Shown: positions 53,408-64,000 of the stretch, piece by piece
Layout of the letters: each line of letters begins with the position of its first letter
How positions within the stretch are numbered: position 1 is the stretch's first letter
Assembly: GCA_030248215.1 (NCBI GenBank)
Contig: JASANG010002859.1
Location: 248,001-312,000, forward strand
Direction: 5' to 3'
Origin: Enoplolaimus lenunculus
Taxonomy: Eukaryota
Length of the DNA stretch: 64,000 nt
Notes under the pieces: model-generated
What the model was told of the DNA's origin: nothing
The model's input: the letters and a program-made list of their open reading frames with translations, nothing else
The model's database searches: none
Program-made: the position numbers and the translations under genes

Positions 53408-53724
53408 CACAGCAAAAAATGGTGAGTCAAATTGACTCTTTCCGAAATAGGCTTTTCCTGACTACAAGGTAGTACCTCAATGGTAAATAGTCTATTGTTT
53501 TGTGCGAGAGTAATTTTGAATTCTTTGATAACATAAGTGTATTGTTACAATATAATAATGGGGAGTCAGATTTACTCTCTCGGAAATAGGCTTTTCCTGA
53601 CTACACAAACTGAGTCCAATTCAACTCAGCCTGAGTCAAAAGTGCGACGCAATGAGTCAAATTGATGCTGACAGAGTCGAAGTTGACGCAGTTTGTATAG
53701 TCCCGTAGAGCCTATTTTGCAGTG
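53408..53724. mobile_element. CAC-ended MITE with internal insertion/duplication
   Basis: Same family; 2-bp TSD CA. Confidence 0.65.
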
Positions 53725-54791
53725 CAAACACAAGACAGCATGACGGCGAAAACTATATTTGATTTGTAATTGTGCGAACCATTAACGCCTCAATCGTTGA
53801 TTAATATGAAAATTTTGCACCATATTCGCTTATGATCAGGTTGTAAATGCTGTTTATTTAACATTTGATTCGTAGAATTTAATTAAGACAGTCTTTATAA
53901 CGAACAGGTTAAATAGCGTATCACTAAATAGTTTTCTATATTTATACTTGTATTGCAGTAAAACTGAGTAGGATAATTGATTATTTTATTGGTTCTTCAA
54001 ATGTTATATTTAATAAGTTTTGCCTCAAGTTGCGTTTTACAATTTACCTAAAATACCATAATCATTTTTAGATGGTCATTCCACGCCCAATATTTGCATC
54101 TTAAAGTTCTTTGCGAAAATAAAATTGTTCGTCGAATTTGATTTGTATAAGCTTCGCATGTCAGCGTCAAACTTCGCAATTTTGGGAGTTACGGAAGCCC
54201 TTTTCTACGAAAATCTTCGTCCTCCAAACATTTGTGACGGGGGGGCGAGCTGGCAAATTGTAAGGTAGGGAGGGACCTTACGGTTTTATCACACAAATAT
54301 TCTGCAGGAAAAATTGTTTACAAAAAATTTTCTGGGGACCTTACCATTTTAACACAAAAAATGTATGATGGGGGGGGGCGCGTACGCACTCTCCCACCCC
54401 CCCCCACTGCATCCGCTAGTGGGTGAGCTTTCAAATTCTGCAAATCTTTCTGATTTGAATTACTTTGCTTCTGTACCAAATTAGAGATTTCAAACAGCAA
54501 CAGTTCGTGTGATTGAAAGTCTACCACTAAAACAGACGATAAGTGCTATAAGCATTTTAGGTTTTGGTTCCAGCTTCGAACAAAATGCGACCTTACTGAG
54601 CAAAATGTGCTGTTTTGATAATAAGGTACACAAACCGATAGTCTTCCTTCAGTGGATTTGTCAAATATGAAAGTATTTGGAGTGAACATAGACGGAAGTG
54701 TCAAAATCATTAACGGCTTAGCAAAACCTTTTCTGTCGAATTCAAATATAGTATTTACTGAACACGAGTTACAAAGTTTCTTTAACATCTT

Positions 54792-54940
54792 GGCCCATGT
54801 TACTTTAAGGGGAGTCCAGGTTTCTGGTGGGTCCTTAAAAGAGCAGGTTCAGATTCTAAAACACATTTTTTGCTTAGGCTTAGGCTTAGGCTTAGGAATA
54901 CGCTTAATCTACCGTTACGCCCCTTAAAGTAACATTGGCA
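54792..54940. mobile_element. Merlin-like MITE with TTAGGC core (subfamily 1)
   Basis: Perfect TSD AACATCTT. Confidence 0.85.
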
Positions 54941-55252
54941 AACATCTTTATACCCTGTATTGTGATATATATGCCAGTTGGTGAGAAATGTGATATAATT
55001 AATTTGCTGTCAAAAACAGTGTCTAAACTAACAAAATAATTATATTAAGCCCATTTTTGCGTTCGGAAACAAAATATTTAAAAAGCTACGTTAAGCGAAG
55101 ATACTCTGAAATGGATTGCAGTAACAAGCAATTGTCACCAATTAAAATCCAAAATTAAACTCATTTTAGTGCTTGGCAAAATAAAATTGGTTCATGTTTG
55201 TTGTTTCAGTTTTAGTTAACTTAAACTTAAAATTAGTTGCCGCCTGATTTAT

Positions 55253-55539
55253 TGGCTGGGTTTCTGAAATCTTACTTAAATAATAACAAGAAAGTAATAG
55301 TTTTGCATTAACGAGACACGGTGCGTCTGCAATTACCAGTTTGACTAAGTTTAGTGTACCGGGATCGTTAATCCGTAGCATGGCAAATTTATTCAACGAC
55401 TTACTTAACTTTGCGCATATATGTTATAAATGTTAAACACTGCTCACAGTGTGTGTATTGCTCGTACATTATTGTATTTAGTTGCTCATAGTATACTCTA
55501 TGAGTGAAAGGGTTAAGTAGGGTTTCAGAAACCCAGCCA
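55253..55539. mobile_element. MITE with TIR TGGCTGGGTTTCTGAAA containing a piggyBac-like fragment
   Basis: Inverted termini; a short relative lies at ~26973-27069; the internal ...ATGAGTGAAAGGGTTAA matches the end of 58944-59207. Confidence 0.6.
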
Positions 55540-56770
55540 ATATTTATTGTTTTGATTTCGCCTAAACTTTTTGAACAAACACTGGTTATATGTTACTATT
55601 TTAGCCGTTCCCCGAAAACCGTTGATAAATTTGGCCACAATTTGCCCGTCGGGTTTTGGTTTAATTAAAATTTTGACCTGTAAATTACAAAGTAACCAAA
55701 ACATTAAAGCTTTATAAGTAACGCATTAAAGCTGCGTATTAACCTTTGCTAGAAGCCACACCATTTAAATCATAGGATAAACGCTAAAACAGACGAATTT
55801 AACCTTAAAATTTGCCAACAAACACACTGTCGAATACCCTACTTTTTGCCGTTTGCTGGCTTAAAATATTTTCAGTCTGACAGTTCACCGGTAGACGTTA
55901 ATTAATATTTTGTTGTGTAAAGAATCCTTAACGCATCAAATCCGACCAAATACTTTTAAACTCTGTACGATAAGCACATTCGCCGCTTAAATCACAAGAT
56001 TCTGTGTATGGGGCAAAGCGTGAAATTGCAGCACGGGTGTGCGACGTTTAAGGTTTTTGAAAATACGAATAATACGGTGACCGTATAACAGTACTAAGCA
56101 TTATTGTTACTCTATATAACCTGCTTATATACCAACCGCTAAGGAAACGTCGATGTTGCAGATACGCTTCGTAGCACGCCCTGGCGGCCACGATTAGCTC
56201 TGAAACGGTTAAAGTTTCAAATAAAGACTTATTTTTAATTGTATACATTTTGTCAGAAATAAAACTGAATCGAATGTTTTTCATTTTTGCTTCGCCTCTG
56301 CATATTTTGATTAAAATTTTAGTGAAAACAGAATATTTACATTTTTGTAATCAAACTAATGTTTCGTTGAATAAGCGGCGACTAATCCGGATTACGAGTC
56401 ATTGTTTAACCTGTTTGAAGCCTGCTTGAGGGTACTGAGTGATACGACTTATATTTCAACTTATCGCTATCTGTTTTTGAACGAAAACAACTTCATTTAA
56501 TGTGTTATAATTTATCGCTAGTAAAACTTTAGCTTTGATTTGAGCGTCACTGCCACTAGATGCCAAAGGCCCCCAAAATGGGGGCAAAGATAGACAGGGT
56601 AGGGTGATCAATAAGTTATAACCTCCGTATTATTAACACTTTAAGATGAGATTGAAGATGCAACGAGTTCAAGATATTTGAACGCAGCCTATTTCAGAAT
56701 AAAGTTATATTTATGATAGGTGGCAGCCCTAACTAATTTTTGTTCATTTTAACAAATTGAATCTATATTA

Positions 56771-57213
56771 CTGTAGTGACCCGAATAAGAGGGGTGACTG
56801 ATATTTATTTGGCCTCTCCAGAGGATAGGTACCCCCGCGTTATTCGGTTACGGACTGTTATTTATTTTTAACCTACGCTGTGTCACCCTTTGCTATTGAT
56901 ATATATCCGGTGATGCAACTATCCGTTGAATTTAGCTTTTATTTGTCTTGTATCAATAGCTTGAGCGATAATACAAGGTTATACTTGGGAATGTACTTTC
57001 AAAACTTAAGTACGCTCTAAAGTTCCGAACTCAAATTATTTGGTCCTGGAGTCATTTATGCGCAACAATTAGGAATAATTGACACTTATTGACTCTAATT
57101 GGGTTCAGGGACGCTATCCGCTTACGGACTCTTATTAGGCATACAGACTCTTTTGATTGGGACTCAAAATGGGAACCCCCTCTTATTACCCCTTCTCATT
57201 CGGGTTACTACAG
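56771..57213. mobile_element. TA-TSD MITE (Tc1/mariner-like, tentative)
   Basis: TA|CTGTAGTGACCCGAATAAGAGGGG...CCTTCTCATTCGGGTTACTACAG|TA. Confidence 0.75.
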
Positions 57214-57417
57214 TAAACGTTCTAAAAAGTATTTTTTCAGCTTGATTTAACTTCAAATAATACGAAATTTTACAATAAAAATATTGTTAATAACCTGTCA
57301 TATTTTAAATTGTCAAAGTCTGAGTTGATTTTGTTATATCTACTGTAAATAATAAATAATCAAAATATTGGTTATATCGAAATATTACTGTGTTTACCGA
57401 TAAGCCATACAATGATT

Positions 57418-57601
57418 GGCCCATGTTACTTTAAGGGGCGTCCAGGTTTCTGTTGGGTCCATAAAAGAGCAGGTTTAGATTCTAGAATACATTTTTAGCT
57501 TAGGCTTAGGTTTAGGCTTAGGAACACATTTTTGCAACGCTTAGGCTTTGGCTTACGAATACGCTTAATCTATTGTTACGCTGTTTAAAGTAACATGGTC
57601 C
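57418..57601. mobile_element. Merlin-like MITE with TTAGGC core (subfamily 1)
   Basis: TSD CAATGATT/CAATAATT. Confidence 0.8.
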
Positions 57602-57809
57602 CAATAATTTTGTTTTAAATGTCAATTAAGCTTAGGTAGCGTTCACATTATGGATTTTTTTTCGTGACAGACCTCAGTATACTTCGTGATTAGACGTGCA
57701 GGACAACAAATATTGCCAGTTCCGGTTAATTGTCTTCTACTTGGTTATCTCATATAGTATATGTTCCTTAATTTCCTAAATCAAAAATATCTATTGCGTT
57801 AGAAATTAT

Positions 57810-58023
57810 GGCCAATGTAAAGGACAGGGGCAGAACAGTATTATTTGCATATTCATAAGTCTAAGTCTAAGCCTAAGCCTACCCTAAGCGTAACAATGAG
57901 CATATTCTTAAGCCTACGCCTAAGCCTAAGCCTTAACCAAGCAAAAACCATTAGTCTAAAGCTTAAGCTCACTGTTTTCTAGTTCCACAGAAAAACTTTC
58001 CGCCCCTGATTTTTACATGGGCC
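57810..58023. mobile_element. Merlin-like MITE with GCCTAA core (subfamily 3)
   Basis: Perfect TSD GAAATTAT. Confidence 0.85.
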
Positions 58024-58516
58024 GAAATTATCAACCAAATGACAAAAATAAACTGCCAAGTTTGTGCAGGTGACATTACAAAGTTCGATCTCCGATCAAA
58101 CTAGAAATTTTTTAAAAGGTCAACTATATTTATTGCAGAATCATTAAGTTTAGAGAATTATTTAAATTTGTTGTTACGAGGTCAAATATTAATTAACCTT
58201 TTGCTGCCTAAATATTTCATTTAAAGCGAAACATTTTTGTTACCAACAGCGGACCCATTAGCGATTTAAACAATCCTACTGTTCTAATAATAAATCTTGA
58301 TTTTCCCACTGAACTTTCGGTTCTAAAAGGGTAACGACTACTGTGATCTTTAGTTATTTGCCAGTTTTCTCAGCTAAATTGGCACAACATTCATAAGGTA
58401 ATAGAGTTACGCGATGGTTTCATTATAAACTCGCGGCCATGAATTTTCGATACTTATCAGTGTTCTAAACTGGTCAGAAAATTTTCGCAATACTGTGAGT
58501 AGGTTACAAATACACT

Positions 58517-58650
58517 AGCCAATGTTACTTTAAGGAGCGTAACAGTAGATAAGCCTAAGCCTAAGGAAAAAATGTAATCTAGAATCTAAAGCTACTCGTT
58601 TATTTGACCCATCAGAAAGCTGGACGCCCCTTAAAGTATTAACATGGGCC
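58517..58650. mobile_element. Merlin-like MITE (subfamily 1, reverse orientation)
   Basis: TSD AATACACT/AATAAACT. Confidence 0.75.
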
Positions 58651-58943
58651 AATAAACTTGGTTATTATTTGACTTATCTTACTTGAACGCAAATTTGAAA
58701 TCAAATACGTAGATATAATTGGGTACGTCGTGTTGTACATTTGGGACAAACGCCAGATGTCTACGAGTTGTGCAAACACTTACGGTGGCCTAATGATGTA
58801 CATAAATGTAAACGCAAAATATATTGAAACATTACATATAGCGACATAGATCTGGTAGAACCCGGTCGCTGAACGAGAATGGGAACCAGACAAAATTTAT
58901 TTGAGCAAATTTTTTAGTTTGACGCAAAAACGTTCATTTTTAA

Positions 58944-59207
58944 CCCTTTCTCACATGAATATTTTCAATTTCATGTGAGATGTAATTTCAAGGTAAGATC
59001 CGATCCCCAGTCTCACGGGTGGGAGGCGTTTGCTATGAGCACTGAGCTATAAGAGCTTGACGTTCGTGCCCGGGTCTGGCTCTCACGTCTTGTGGAGATT
59101 TTGCACTGCGTATATATGTTCTAAATGGTGAAAACTGCTCACAGTGTATGTATTGCTGTTACATTATTGTATTTAGTTGCTCATAGTATTCTCTATGAGT
59201 GAAAGGG
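58944..59207. mobile_element. piggyBac-like MITE
   Basis: TTAA|CCCTTTC...GAAAGGG|TTAA. Confidence 0.75.
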
Positions 59208-59489
59208 TTAAATTTTCTGAGCGATTCCTTTGTTGGATGCCCGCATTTGGGGCCGTATGGAGGCACTCTAATCCAAACATGACAGTGTAAAAATGCAATT
59301 GGTAATTAACAGCGTTCATTTTTTAGTCTTTGGTTTTACTTCGTATCAAATGATGTTATATACATATATACATACATATATATGGGGCAGTAAACATGGC
59401 ACTGTAAAAATCCGATTCCTAAGTGTTATTTTTGCTTTGGTTTTGTTCCGGATCAAATGCTGTTATATACATATAAATATGTATTTATG

Positions 59490-60125
59490 TATATGGGTCT
59501 TCCTGGTTATCCCCCAGCCGACATTTGCTCAAAAATGGCGGGATTTTGAAAACTTATACATGTTTCATGTTCTCAAGACCTCCCCTGATCATTCCACGTC
59601 CAAATTTGGATTTTTGAAAAATTCGATTATTAGGGCCCGAGGTTCCGCCTTGGGACCCAAAAAATATTTAATCAAAAAGTGAGACAAATTATGTGCCATC
59701 TGTCGCAACATTCGGAGCTGAGCTGAATGGTGTCATATTGTCCGCAATCAAACGTCTGGCTAACAAGTCATGGTTAACAAACCGATTTGGCTCGGTTCCA
59801 ACATTTTGGACCGGCTTCAAATCAGTTATTTCATCATAACTGGTTAGCCAGACGTCTGATTGTGAAAAATTTGACACCATTCAACTCAGCTCGGTCAGCT
59901 GCGTCCAATGATTTATAATTTATTCTACTTCTTAACAAGAATTTTTTTGGGTTTCAACTTGGGGGGACATCGCGACCTTAAAACCCGAATTTTTCAAAAA
60001 TTCAAATTTGGGCTTGGAATAATAAGGGGGCGTCATGTGAACCTCAAAAAATGTAAAAATTTTCAAAATCCAACCATTTGAGGCAAAGCTGGCTTAGAGA
60101 GATAACCGGAAAAACCGTGCATATG
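59490..60125. mobile_element. long-TIR foldback-type element
   Basis: Long imperfect inverted arms (GGTTATC...GGATTTTGAAAA / TTTTCAAAATCC...GATAACC); related fragments lie in the 12879-13500 duplication. Confidence 0.6.
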
Positions 60126-60670
60126 TACGTAATGTAATCAACTCAATTACGTCGAATAGCATTGCAATAAATATTTGTTTTCCAGCAATATTTCCTCGGC
60201 CAATTCCGTAACAATTTCCGCTAAGTACAATACATTGTTCGCTTGAGAGACAGAGAGGAAACAAACCGATTCTAATTTAATTAATTTGTTACAAAATAAA
60301 GGTTGTTTACTGTGAAGATTAGCTTGACAATGACGCAAAATGTACTTGGAATATAAAACATATTTATGTACGAAAAATTTAGTCGGAAAACACTCGTTTG
60401 TGCGAAAAACAAGCCATCATAATTTAGATTTCATCAACACCGGTCATTTTCGACACGGAAATTTGGAAATTTTTTACGTGGGTTCAGTATTTAATTAATA
60501 TATCGGTTATAACAACAACAACACAGTTTATTGTACAAGTAAGTATATTACAACACAGTGTAAAATAAAATACAAAAATACAATAGACAATAAAGCCAGT
60601 AATGGAGTGAAACTGCCTCTTACAACTGGCAAAATAAAAGGAAAATAAACACGATAATCAGTAACAAAAT

Positions 60671-63508
60671 TCAAAGATTGCGATCAAATTGTAGAAAATT
60701 ATTTAGATCAACTTTAATTAGCAGTTTTCTAAACATTTTTGAGGTTTGCGCTCTTATTAAAGGTTTGTTATCTACTTGCTCAGGAAGTTGATTCCAAACT
60801 TTGATAACCCTATAACGAAAGCTGTGCTTTATATAGTTTGTTTGGAATTTCGGGTACAATAGCTTCCTTGAGTGACCTCTAGTATTGATAACGTCTGATA
60901 ATGTAAAAAAGTGATTGCATGCATCAACTTCGCCATTGATACATTTAAACATCATCGTAAGATCGTTATGTAATCGCCTAAGTTCTAATGGCTCAAGGTT
61001 CAGTTGAGCAAGCCGTAATTTATACGAACAATCAGCTAGTTTTAAACGAGTAAAAAGACGTCGAGTAAAATAACGCTGTACCTTTTCAATAGTATCTATA
61101 TTCGTGAGATAACAAGGAGACCAAACAGGTGATGCATACTCCAGTAAAGGTCTAACATAAACTGTATACGCTTTAAGAAGTATATTCTTATTGTTCGTCA
61201 GGAAACATCGGAAAAGGATATTTATCGTTTTATAAGCTTTAGCCGTGATGGTGTTTATGTGCACCGTACTTTTTAAATCGCGATTAACATAAATCCCGAG
61301 ATCCTTACATTGAGTAACGGTGGGTAACCCTATATCAGCAACACCATATTGAAAACAGGGGTTATGCATTCCGAGATGTAAAACGTTACACTTTGGCAGC
61401 GATATAGAAAGTTGCCACTTAGCAGCCCACAGACTAATTTTTTCTAGTGACTGTTGTAAAAATTCTCTACTATGTTGCGCATTGCTAGGACATACATTAA
61501 CATAGAGTTTGACATCGTCGGCAAATATTTTAACAGAAACATCACATAAATCGCATATCAAGTCATTAATAAACATCAAAAATAAAATAGGACCAAGTAC
61601 ACTTCCTTGGGCAACACCGGAAGTTAGGGGATAATAATCAGAAACTTCATCATTTTATCTTAACTCTAAATTTTCGATTCGAAAGATATGCTTTAATCCA
61701 TAGTGCTAAGTGTCCTATTATTCCGAAGCTAAACAATTTCTTGATCAATTTTGGATGTGAAACAGTGTCAAACGCTTTTGCAAAATCGATATAAACTACA
61801 TCTATAGAGTTACCCGTATCTAGTGAGAGCGCCCATTCCTGGACACACTCTAGTAATTGTGTGCACGTAGAGCGTTTAGAGCTAAAACCATGTTGATGTA
61901 TAGATAACAGATTGTTGTCTGTCAAGTGTTTGGCTATAGCATTCTTAATAATCATTTCCATAACTTTTGAGCAGTTAGACAAAAGTGAAACGGGTCTGTA
62001 ATTTAGGGGATTCGCCGAACACCCTTTTTTGTAAATTGCTATTACGTCGGCACATTTCCAGTCGTCAGGTAAAACGCCAGTGATAAAAGACTGTTCAAAA
62101 ATATGCGCTAAAGGAACACACAGTTCATTTTTAAGTTCGCGAAGGAAAAACTGTGAGAACCCATCAGGTGAATGACTGTTTTTATTTTTTAGTTTTTTCA
62201 AAGAATCTAAGACCACGGATGGAGTGAACGAAATCCACGATAAACAATTTAACCCAGAGTACGGTGAACAATAGGGAATCAAACCGTCATCATGAATAAA
62301 AACATTGCAAAAACATTAGCAAATACACTGGCTCTTTCTTTATCATCAGTAATAATATAACCTATAGTATTTTTTAAACCTGAAATACCACCTCGAGCGA
62401 AGCATCGATTATTAACATACTTAAATAGTTTTTTTGGATCGCCTGCATTAAGTATTTTGTGTTCACGATTTTTGTTGAAACATAGTAACGCTTTAGAACA
62501 TTTTGTTTTAAGTTTTCTGTAACTTTCGTAATTGCAGGTCTTTTTAGCAAGTTTCCAAGCTTTATGTTTTTCCGATAATAACTTTGTGAGATATAAAGGA
62601 TATTTTTGCTTTTTAGAAACTGTATATTTTTTGGGAACGTACATGTCACAACAAATATTAAGAACACACCGTAAATAATCCCATTTATCTTTTACTGTAA
62701 AAAGGCTAATGAAACAAGTATCCCAGGGGATTCTACTAAGATATGCGCGAATGGACAGAAAGTTTGCTTTTGTAAAATCGTATTTGGGAGGCCCACGCTT
62801 CTGCACGTCAAGTTTGCCTGTCAACCTGAAATCGATCGATACGTGATCCGAAGAAGCAAAATGGTCACCACATTCGACAACGGGTATATTCAACGGTGAC
62901 GTGGTAAAAACTAGATCTAACAAATTGTCACCTCGTGTTGGAAAGTCAACTAATTGTGTTAACCCACATTCTTGGATTCCCTCGAAAAAATTAGAAATCT
63001 CAGTATTGTTCGGACAAAAATTATTTGACCAATCTATCTCAGGATAATTAAAATCACCAAATAATGAGACGGGCCAAGAAACGTCACATACATGCTTCAT
63101 ATTTTTTATAAGTTCGGCAGAGTACAATATACCCGAGCTAGGTGGGCGGTAGATACACACAACACGATGTTTTGATGGTACTAATAGATCAACAGATAAT
63201 AATTCAACGTCACAATTTAACATTGTATACTCGGTAACAACATTTTTAATTTTTTTAGATATAAACAGAGCAATACCACCACCTCTCCTACCAGCGCGAT
63301 CTTTTCTCACAACATTGAAGCTTGCAGTTCCTATCAGCGAGTCGGGTATCTCATTATTAAGCCACGTCTCCGTAATGGCAACAATATCTAACTGTTCAGT
63401 TTCAAGTAGAGCTTCTAAGTCAGGCAATTTATTACTTAAACTACGAGCATTGAAATATTTTCCTTTAATTACATGTTTAACGCTGTTTAGATTCAATTTC
63501 ACTCCCAT
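60671..63508 (-). pseudogene. LINE ORF2 (apurinic endonuclease + reverse transcriptase), ~945 aa, interrupted by two single-base frameshifts
   Basis: Endonuclease motifs NARSL, ITETWL, GGG, IYRPP, GDFN, LDLV, SDH. RT motifs YRPVSLL, QHGF, DFAKAFDTVSH, GVAQGSVLGP, FADD. C-terminal LEYASPVW and TRGH. Frameshifts fall in homopolymers at 62309-62313 and 61653-61656. Confidence 0.9.
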
Positions 63509-64000
63509 TCTTGGTTTACCTGAACAGTCACATTGTTGTCATTGTTGGAGATAGTATAATCAACCTTGTGGCGGTGACCGCGCACAAGCTTACCATCATT
63601 GTTGCGATCGCATTGTTTGAAGACAACTAGTTCTTCATTTATGACGACGAAATGTTCATTATTGTCGGGTGATTGTTCTGCTAGTTCATTCAGTTCTCTG
63701 GCTTTCGCTCTAAGAGCCGCTGCAATTTTACGTTCGCTCAATGGCATTGAACGCCGAATAAAAATGTTTTTGAATTGCGAATTGTTTTTTAACTTGGGCG
63801 CCTGTTGAAGGATCGATTTGGCGACGCTCGATGACGGTAATTGCACTTTCAGTAATCGTGGATACGTGCGAGAGTTAGTTGCAGCATTTTTTGATGTGCG
63901 GTTCGGTGGATCGAGAAGACCCATTCGAAATACCTGGCATATTGTAGCAGACGGGTCGAGGGATTTGACTAGTTGTGAGGCATCATTGAGGTCGTCGCCG
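63499..64000 (-). CDS. LINE ORF1 protein C-terminal part (5'-partial)
   Basis: Sequence PRLLKVQLPS...ILQQAPKLK...IFIRRSMPLSER resembles the CR1 ORF1 C-terminus. Its stop at 63499 overlaps the ORF2 ATG (63508) by 10 nt. Confidence 0.75.
   Translation of the reverse strand, partial: GDDLNDASQLVKSLDPSATICQVFRMGLLDPPNRTSKNAATNSRTYPRLLKVQLPSSSVAKSILQQAPKLKNNSQFKNIFIRRSMPLSERKIAAALRAKARELNELAEQSPDNNEHFVVINEELVVFKQCDRNNDGKLVRGHRHKVDYTISNNDNNVTVQVNQEWE

Larger units (their letters stand above)
60511..64000 (-). mobile_element. CR1-clade non-LTR retrotransposon (LINE), 5' end beyond the window
   Basis: ORF1 C-terminus plus ORF2 with APE endonuclease and RT. The 3' end has AATAAA (60527-60532 on minus) followed by a (GTT)n tail at 60511-60522. 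Confidence 0.93.

Noticed and set aside
54060..54790. Open stretches after acceptor-like sites (DGHSTPNIC..., DLSNMKVFGVNIDG...)
   Set aside because: No recognisable homology, no consistent phase chain, and partly extended by MITE sequence.
1..64000. tRNA, rRNA, spliced-leader RNA genes and most short ORFs in the supplied track
   Set aside because: No cloverleaf, rRNA or SL1 (GGTTTAATTACCCAAGTTTGAG) match was seen by eye; the short ORFs fall in repeats or AT-rich introns.

Overview
AT-rich, intron-rich animal genomic DNA, probably nematode because interstitial TTAGGC repeats are abundant. The six-frame ORF track is mostly uninformative, so I assembled genes by hand from splice signals. (1) The minus strand carries the 5' part of a DUSP8/DUSP16/vhp-1-like MAP kinase phosphatase: four rhodanese-domain exons at 26037-23075, then an intron of at least 20 kb holding candidate alternative first exons. 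The catalytic exons were not found in the window. (2) A complete 5-exon Rab21 gene (29876-32586, +, 230 aa) lies head-to-head with it. (3) A divergent 10-exon EPT1/SELENOI-like CDP-alcohol phosphotransferase gene (40442-~49111, +) has open, phase-matched exons, but intron 3 begins with TT instead of GT. (4) A nearly intact CR1-clade LINE occupies the right edge (minus strand). The remainder is dense with non-autonomous transposons: GG-ended, 8-bp-TSD (Merlin-like) MITEs carrying telomeric TTAGGC arrays, hAT-like CCGGA-rich MITEs, CAC-ended 2-bp-TSD MITEs rich in TGA(C/G)TCA, DINE-1/HINE-like elements with 155-bp octamer repeats, Helitron-like, piggyBac-like and TA-TSD MITEs, plus mini- and microsatellites. 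No prokaryotic systems, CRISPR arrays, rRNA or tRNA genes were recognised.
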